DNA of 64,000 nucleotides from an uncultured virus (IMG/VR IMGVR_UViG_3300036715_001160) (taxonomy: Duplodnaviria > Heunggongvirae > Uroviricota > Caudoviricetes), in IMG/VR virus record IMGVR_UViG_3300036715_001160. One strand, written 5' to 3'. The notes under the pieces are model-generated. The model was not told the DNA's origin, made no database searches, and saw only the letters and a list, made by a program, of their open reading frames with translations. Numbering within the stretch: the first letter of the stretch is position 1; the number at the start of each line of letters is the position of its first letter. This document shows, piece by piece, positions 1-9,000 of the stretch. Made by a program: the position numbers and the translations under genes.

Positions 1-3000
1 CTTCAGATAATCCATTTTCTATAATTGTTAAACCATTATTATTATAGATTACTTTTTCAACACTAGTAGATGATTGAGTATTCCAATCATATTTATTAAT
101 TAAATAATCTAAAGCTGTAGCATGAGACGGTTCTCCAAGTTCTGCATAATATTGAAGTTGTCTTCCTTTTAATTTACCTGATTTTAAAACATCTAGAATA
201 AATGCTTTTCTTTTTGGTTTAACATCTTTAAATTTATCAGTAGTTAACCAATCAATATAATTTATAACTGCTTCTTTAGTAGTATTAGTTTTTATAGTAC
301 CTGTTCTATTAAAAGAAGCCCAAGGATTACTAAAACTATTTACATCACTAACCACTTCCATAGTATAAACTCTATTGTTAGCTTTTGCTTCTTTTATATT
401 AGCATCTCTATCATATTTACCATCTTTAGTTTTAATGTTAGAAATAACTACATTTTTATTTTCTAATTGAGAATATATATCATTACTATTAACACTAGTA
501 GATGATTGGGTAGTAGGTTTATTTATAATTGAATCATCAATGTAATTATTTACATTAGGGTCATTAGCAATCATCATAGCTGCAATTTTATCAAAAGTAG
601 ATGTAGTCATCTTATTAGCAATAAATTCTCTAGATGCTGGTTCTACTATTTCAAAGTATGTAGTATCAGGAAGAACATAACTAAGACCATATTTAGTGTT
701 ACCTACTCCATTCTGTAAAATAGATATAAGAGGTAATATCTTAAACATGTCTGATATTTTTTTATTCTTAACTGGATCTTTTACTTTAATAACATTTTCA
801 TCAGCAAGATCAATTAAGTTTTGATGATAACTATCAGATAGTGCTCCTTTTACTACAGGTTTATTGTTTAATGTTAATACAGATATCTGACCTTTAATTT
901 GCTTAGTTTTAGAATTAAATATATTTACCGGTACATCAGTAATTTGTTCTAGTACTGAATACAATTCTTTTAAGTGACTGTTTTCACTTATCATACTCAT
1001 GAACCTAGTTACATATGCTTGGTGATTTAAAGTACTAAATAATTCTGGTACCCCTGGAAATGGTTCTTTAGTAGTTATTATCTCATTTAATCTGTTTTGA
1101 TAAATATAATTTACCATTGCTTGTTTAAATGATGTGATAAAATTAGTTATACCATCTGCTCCTTCACCAAATTTAAGTGGAATGTTATTATTCTTGATAT
1201 AATTAAGTAAGTAAGCAGATACTCTTTTATCATTTGTTAAAGGAAATATAGGTTCTACTAAATCTTGAGTAATAACATTATCAAAGAAAGACCCTAATAT
1301 AGACTCTTTTCTTAATTTATTTACTAAATTCTGATCTATTTTAGATGACTCAGATAAAATATCTAAACCAATTTTTCTTTGCATGATCTCCTGTATGGTT
1401 TTAGAAGTAGCTGTATCAGGATTTGACTGTCTTTTAAGATCAGACATATCTTTTATTTGCTTTTCATACTCTACATAATGTAAGAATATTGCAATGGCTT
1501 TTGGACTTGTAGTATCATTATTAGTCATTGTCTCTTTTAAATCCGCTGTTGTAAATTTATCCATACCTTCAGTTGCTGCAAGTACAACATCTTTATAATT
1601 TGGAGTAGACATTGGGTGATAAAACTCATTATTAGGATCAGCAATTATACTTTTAAATAATGGACCAGTTTCAGAACTGTTAATTAGTTCAATATCATTT
1701 ATTTTAACTTTATCAGCTTTTATATCTGCAATTAAGCTTTTTAATGTTGTATTATATGGTTTAGTAACACCAGATAGTTTTACTGATACCTTAGCTTCTT
1801 TATTATAACTTTTTATTGCATTACTTAATCTTGTTCTATTTGCTTTATAAATACTTTCTGAGATATCAGTTTGTTTTAATACATCTAAAAGTGCATTATA
1901 TTTTTTATTTTCATCAGATAATGTTTCTTTACCTGTAAGATTTGCATAAACCCCATCATATAGTCTTTGTTGATTTGCATACTCTTTTACTAGTGGTTGA
2001 GATATAAAATAAACAGCATCTCTTTTTGGGACACCGGCTTTAAGTAAATTCAACAACATTGGTATAAGCTCTTTATTAGCTTGAATAAAGAAAATCCATG
2101 CATCTTTCTCAACATCCACAGAACCATTCATTAAGTGTGAGAATAAATCTGCTATTTTATCTTGGCCATCTACACTATTAATACCTGATAAAGAAATTCT
2201 TCCATCTTCAGTTTCATTATGATCAAGTAATAATCTCATTTCATAAATTATACTTGTATCATCTTCATATTTTTTAGTCTTTGGATTTTTAACTGAGCCA
2301 TAATATGTTTTTGGTAGAGCAGCACCCAATGCTGTATACAATGGATGTAATTTATTTTCAAGAGCAATGATACCTAATACATCTTTCCCTGTCATGTTAT
2401 AATCATGTTTAGCTAGATTATAACCTACTTCAAATACATTTGTTGGACTAATAGTTTTATATCTTCCATATTCAGGTAAAGAATCTACTAAGTCATCTGC
2501 AATATCTTTCATTAAGTAAGTTTCATTTGGTCTTACTAATGTAGCATAATTATCAGGTAGTTGTAATATACCTCTGATAGAATCAATTAATCTATTTTCA
2601 ATTGCTTTTTTCTGTAATGCAATTAATTTAACTACTTCAGCTTTATCACCTTTAGATTCTGCATTTGCAATTAATTTTTTTAATGTTTCCTCAGATATAT
2701 TAGATGTTACATAATTACCATCTGCATCTATATTAGGCATAAATGTAGTAAGCTTATCAACATCATAATCTGCTCCTGATTTAGCAACAATTTCTGATGG
2801 AGGAATAATAATAGAACCTGCAGCTGGATCCAAAAATTCATATACTTCCATAAACTCCATAGAGTTCATTCCTTGTACAGGGATTCTTACAGCTGATAAA
2901 GTTACAGATTTACGGTTATTATCTTTATTTAACCATTCATCATCTTTAATTAATTCATTTAATCTTTTTCTTGTACCTATTTCTACACCATCAAGATCTT

Positions 3001-6000
3001 TAAGTTTTAAAAGATTTTTAAAATCACCTTGTAATGCAATAGCAACTTTCATTGCAGATGTATTACCTGGAACTGATGTTACTTTTGGTTTTTTACCAGC
3101 AAGTACAGCTTCTAAATAATCAGTTTCAACTTTTAAGTTATATGCATTTCTATCAGTATAATATTTAGCTTGATCTTCTAATATGTTTTTATTTCTTTTA
3201 AAAACCTCAGTAAGTTTTTCTTTAGTATAGTCTTTATATTTAACATTAAGATCTATAGACTCTGGATTATAGAAAGGTAAGTTATTAGTACCTAAGTATT
3301 TTTCTATTTCTGCAACTTGAGCTTTTTCAAATTTAAAACCTAAATCCCATAATCCATTAGTCATTGAACTAGCAACTTGTACTAATGCTTCACCTTTTAC
3401 TTTTTGTTTTACAATTCTTTTTTCAACAAGTGATGTTATCATTTTTTCAATATCTCCTGAGAGCATGTGTAATGATAAATCTTTTGTTAAAACATTATTA
3501 GAACCAACTTGAATATAATCAATTAAATGTTCTGGTAAATCTTTTCTAGTAAGTTCTCTTTGAACTACATCCATGAATTTAGTTAAATCACCACTAACAT
3601 ATTTACCATCTTTATATTCATAACCAATTTCATTTAATAATTCAGTTTTTAGTATTTCAGTATAAGAATCAACTGCATCTTCATATGCTTTAACAAATGG
3701 TGTGTATGCTTTATTAACTAATTTACCATTTTCATATAAACCTTCAAGAATAAGTGCTCTTAACTGAGTAGAGAATACTGTTTTACCTTTTAATTTAATT
3801 GGAACAGCTGTAACATTTTTAAGATATGCTAAGTATATTGTATTTTTAGTAAAAGCAATATCTGATTTTAATGTTTTTTGAGTACCATTATCATCATATA
3901 TTTGATCTGCTACTGCTTTACCATTTTTATCTACTTGAGATGTAATACTACCTACTTTAGAACCAGATTGGAATGTAGCATATTGTATATTACTTTTCAT
4001 CATTTGATGATGTAATGACTCTAAATCAGAACCAGCAATAAGTGATGGAATTAATGGCATCAATGCAAATTTATGCATTGCGTTAACTGGTAATGATGTA
4101 TTAGCTAAATGTCCAAAGTTTTGTAATTTATATACAGGAAAGATTTGTGTTATATCTTCAGTACTAATTTCTTTACCACTAATTACTTTTTGGAATAAAT
4201 CTTCTTGTTCAGATGACCAGTTTTTTTCAGCAAGTCTTAATAGACGGTATGCATCAATAGTTATATAACCTTGACCATCACCTTCTTCCATTTCTTTATA
4301 TGGTTTTAATTCTTTCTTTAATCTATAATCAATTTCAGATTGAGATAATCCTCTATTTTTATAATCTTCTCTTAAACCTTTTTCAATATTTTTAATATAT
4401 ACTGAACTTCTTTTAACTTCCTGCATAATTGCAGTGTTATAAGTTCTACTATAATTAAATGGAGTATAATCACTACCAAAATCATCCATAGCTGCAAGTT
4501 TAGCACCATATGATGTATTTTTAATTAAGTCACTATTTAAAAAGTTTTGAGTATACTGATCAGTCATAAATCCTCTACCACCTGAAGTAGAACCTGGATT
4601 TCTTTTATGTAACTCTTGTTTAGCATGATTATATTGTACTACATCACCATATATTAAACTAGCAGTCTCAAAATTATGAATCCATGCATTCATTGTATGT
4701 GCTTTAATAAGCATTGTTTCTTCATCATCTGTTGATAATTCAAACTTTTTTAAACTATTTGTTAATGCTGGGTCAATCCATTTAGATTTTTGAAAATCTT
4801 TCTTATTATCCTTAGACTGTCTTTCAAAATATGCAATTACTTGCTCAGTTATATCTTCTTTTAATTTAGGGTCTGACTCTAAATAATCAAGTAATTTACC
4901 ATTTTTTACTTTCTTAATTATTTCTTCCTTAGTATCTTTAGTTAATATATTATCAAATGCAGTAAAAAACTCACCAGCCATTCCAAGAACAGTTTCACCA
5001 TCTGCAGATTTAATTTCTCTATTATAACCTACATATTTTTTATACTCTTCTTTATTAGCTCTTATTTTTTGTATTCTAATTAATTCAGCTTGAATATAAC
5101 CTAAAAATATATTATCAACAGCATATTGATCAGCATCTCCTCCTGGTTTAAATTGATCTATATCAACATATAAGTTTTTTATTTTAGTAGACTTCATACC
5201 AAAAGAAGCTGACTTAGAAGCATGTCTCATAAATTCTTGAAAACCTGATTTTAACATCATGTTTAATTCTTGAATATATTTACCATGAATATCAAGAGAT
5301 GTAGTATTAGCACCATCAACATTAACTATTTGAGTACCAGATACCATTACAAGATCTAACCTCCCATCTTTTTTTCTATCCCATGTATTTTCTTCAACTT
5401 TAAATATAGATTTAAGTAATTGTGATTGCTCAGTAAAACCATTTATTAATGGATTGAGGTAACTCATATAACTATATTCTGGCTTCGTCCATAAATCTCT
5501 ACCTTTTTCAACATTGTTAATGGCATCAACTATCATAGTAACAGTACTATCTTCTGTAAATTCATTTACAAGTTTTTTCTCTGCATTTAATACACTAAAA
5601 CTTGCATAATTATTACCAAATTTATTTTGTAATCTTGCTAATTTTTGTATTACAGATTTTTGACTGTTAGTATTTTCATGTATTCCTGCAGGTATTTTAC
5701 CATATAATGCATCAATAGGATTATCTATGAATTTTTTAATAAATTCTTTTTGTTTATCATTAGTAAGTTTTGGATCCTTACTTAATGTATAAACTTCTTT
5801 TGCAATTTGATGTATATAAGGAATTCCATAATCTCTTGATTTACCAGTTAATTCATTTTTAATACTTATTAAATCTTGTAAACCAACTCCTAATGCATTA
5901 ATAAATTCAATTTGTTGTGCAGGTAAACCAATAGATGTAGCATCTGGAAAAGCTTTCATTAAGACATCAAGTTTTAATGTTGACTTATTGTTAGTACCCT

Positions 6001-9000
6001 TACTAATATATTTAGTTTCTGCAGATGAATTAAAAGCACTTTTAAAACTATTTATAATATTTTTAAATTCAATTGATGCATCAGTTACTTCAGATTTATA
6101 ATCATCTGTTTCTTCATCTATACCAACTGTTAATTGAACATATCTTATTAAAGGTTTTTTAAAATCTTGCCAAAATGCTGCTTTAATATTAAATTCTTGT
6201 AATGTTTTAATATTTCTTGGATCTGGAAATTTTTTATTTACAAGTTGCCCTAATTCTGGATAAAATGGTATAGCAGCTTGAAGCTTAAGATACATTTTAA
6301 CTGGATCTTTTTCACCTCCAATTACCTTAGTAACTGTATTCCATATTTTACTAAAGTCAACTAATTCTGGAAAACCTAAAGACCCTTCTACTTCTTTACC
6401 ATCAACTATTTTAAATAGACTTTTTAAAATGTAAAGAGTTTCTTTTTCAGCTAATTGTAATAATGATTTTTCACCTACTTTTTTATCTGAAAATCTTTCT
6501 GTTTCTTCAACAACTTCAGTACCAGTTGTATCTCCTTCTGTTTCACTTTCTTCTTCATTTATTTCAATATACTTTTGCTTAATTAAATCAAATGTACTAT
6601 GCTCTTTATGAAACTCTAATATATTATCCCAATTAGCAATTGCTGTTTCTAGTATTCTTATTTTATTATTTAATAAACTTCTTTTATTAAAATCTTCTTG
6701 AGTAGTAGCTTCTAGTTCTGTTTTAAATTCAGCAAGTTTTGCATTAAATCTTTTTTTAGTTCTAGCATAAGCTTTTATTTTATTTGCTTCAACTGTTAAT
6801 ATTTGAATAGTTCCAGTTTTATTTGCTGTTACTAGTTTTCCTGCTTTATCTTTAACATTATTAATAACATTAGTAAGTCTATCATCATATTCTTCATCAA
6901 TAATTTTTGATAATACAGAATCAATTTGAGTTGATACTTTAAGACTATCTTGATAATTTAAAACAAGTTCTTTTGTCTCAGTATTAAATACACCTCTTGC
7001 TCTATTAAGCTTGTTAAACATATGGTTATCAACAAGTGGAGTATACTTGTTTAAAAGCTTAGGATTTTTACTTGCAAAAAATAGTCTTTCAAATAAATCT
7101 TCTTGAATAGATCTTTTACCAAATAATGCTTTAATAAAATTCCATATTCTTCTGAATATAGTATTTCTTATAGGAGCATCACCCACAGCTTTAGGATCTT
7201 TAGCATAATCTCTATATTCTTCAGCAAGTATTTCTTCTACTTCTTCTGGAGCAAGTTCATAATTATTTAATCTTTTTCTGGTTTCAGCATATAACTTAGT
7301 CTTTTGAGATTTAGTTAAAAATAATTGAGAGAATGCATGCCAAGCTTCATGATATAAATCTACTGCAGTTCCACCAGTAGCAGTATCTAATTGTATTGAA
7401 ACATCTGATAATCTTTTACCTGCTATAATAAATCTTGCATAAACATCAGAGTTAACAATGTTAGCCATGTGTTCAAGCTTAATAAGTTTAGATAAAGGAG
7501 AACTATCCCACCACTCTTTAGCAGCAGTAATTTCTTCTTGAGTAACATTATTAGGTAATTTAGAAGATCTATCTAATTCAAATGGTTCATCAGGTTCATT
7601 CTCTTCATCTAATTTAAATGGTATATCACTATCTTCATCAGGTTGACTAACTTTATCTGGATTACTAAATGTTTCATCTTTTTTAGCTGCTTCTTGTTGT
7701 GGAGTACCAGGTGCTTTAGGAGTTGTTTTTTCTAAATTAATTAATTTTTCATTTGTTTCTTTTTCAATTTTTTTAGTTAATTCACCTTGACCATAAAATG
7801 ATTTAGGATCATATATTACATAGAATGGAGCAACGTTTTCATTACCTATTATATGATTTATAACTTTAACACCTTTTACTTTTGGATTAGATTCTTGAAA
7901 ATCATTAAATAAACTTATAGCAGCTCCTGGAGCATCTTTTAAAGAATCAGTATCATCATACTCAATTTTTGCACTGCCACCTAAATATGTAGCACCAGAA
8001 GGTGTTGCTTTACCAACTTGAGGAGTATTAAACTTAAACCCTTTTGCTGTTAATATCTCATACATTTCTTGTTGAGATTTATTAGCATCAATTATTACAA
8101 AATCTGCATCATTAATTTCACCTTGGATTGCTTTACCATATCTTTTTACTAAAAATGATGTAGTATTTGAAGATACATTTAATCCATCACCAAATTGACT
8201 AATTTGATCTTTACCTTTTTGAAATGTACTAAAGTTAAAATCTTTAGTAGCTACTGAAGTATGATGATAAACAGGTTTTATGTTAGCCAGTTTTTCTTCT
8301 TTTTCTTTTAATATAGTTGCTTTAGTAACTTTTGGTTTTAAAGTAAAATCCGTTTCACTTACTTGACCTATTTTTTTATCTCCTCTATAAATTGAAACAA
8401 CATTCTTAATTTTAGGAGATATATCATTAACTATAAAAGTTACAGGATCATTTAAATTTACATCATTTGATGATACACCTTTTTCATATCTACCTTCTAC
8501 TGTTACACCATCTACTTTCATTAAAAAAGTAGCATTTGTTTTAGACATACCACTTAATATAGTACCAGATAAATCTTTATTAACTTTTAATTTAAGAACA
8601 AGATCACCTTTAGCTTCTTTAATTTTATCTACAGGAGTAGATGTTGATTTAGTAGTAACAAAGTTTTTAAATCCTTCTGTATCTTCTTTACCACCAAGTA
8701 TATATATTTGTTCTGGTTCAAATACACCATAATTATCTGACATATATGGATCAAGTATATTTTTAAATATTACTGAGTCATACTGTCCTTTAGATTTAGC
8801 TGCTTGATTAGTAAGTTTACTTGCTTCATATTGAGCCCCAGCTTCATATGCCTGATTGACAAATGTTTTACCTTCAAAATCTTTAACTAATGGTTTTTGT
8901 ACATTAAGTAATACTCTATATAATAAAGGAGTAATTTTAGCTTTAGACATTAAAGTATTTATATCATTAATACCTTCTTTATAACTTTTTTCACCAATTG

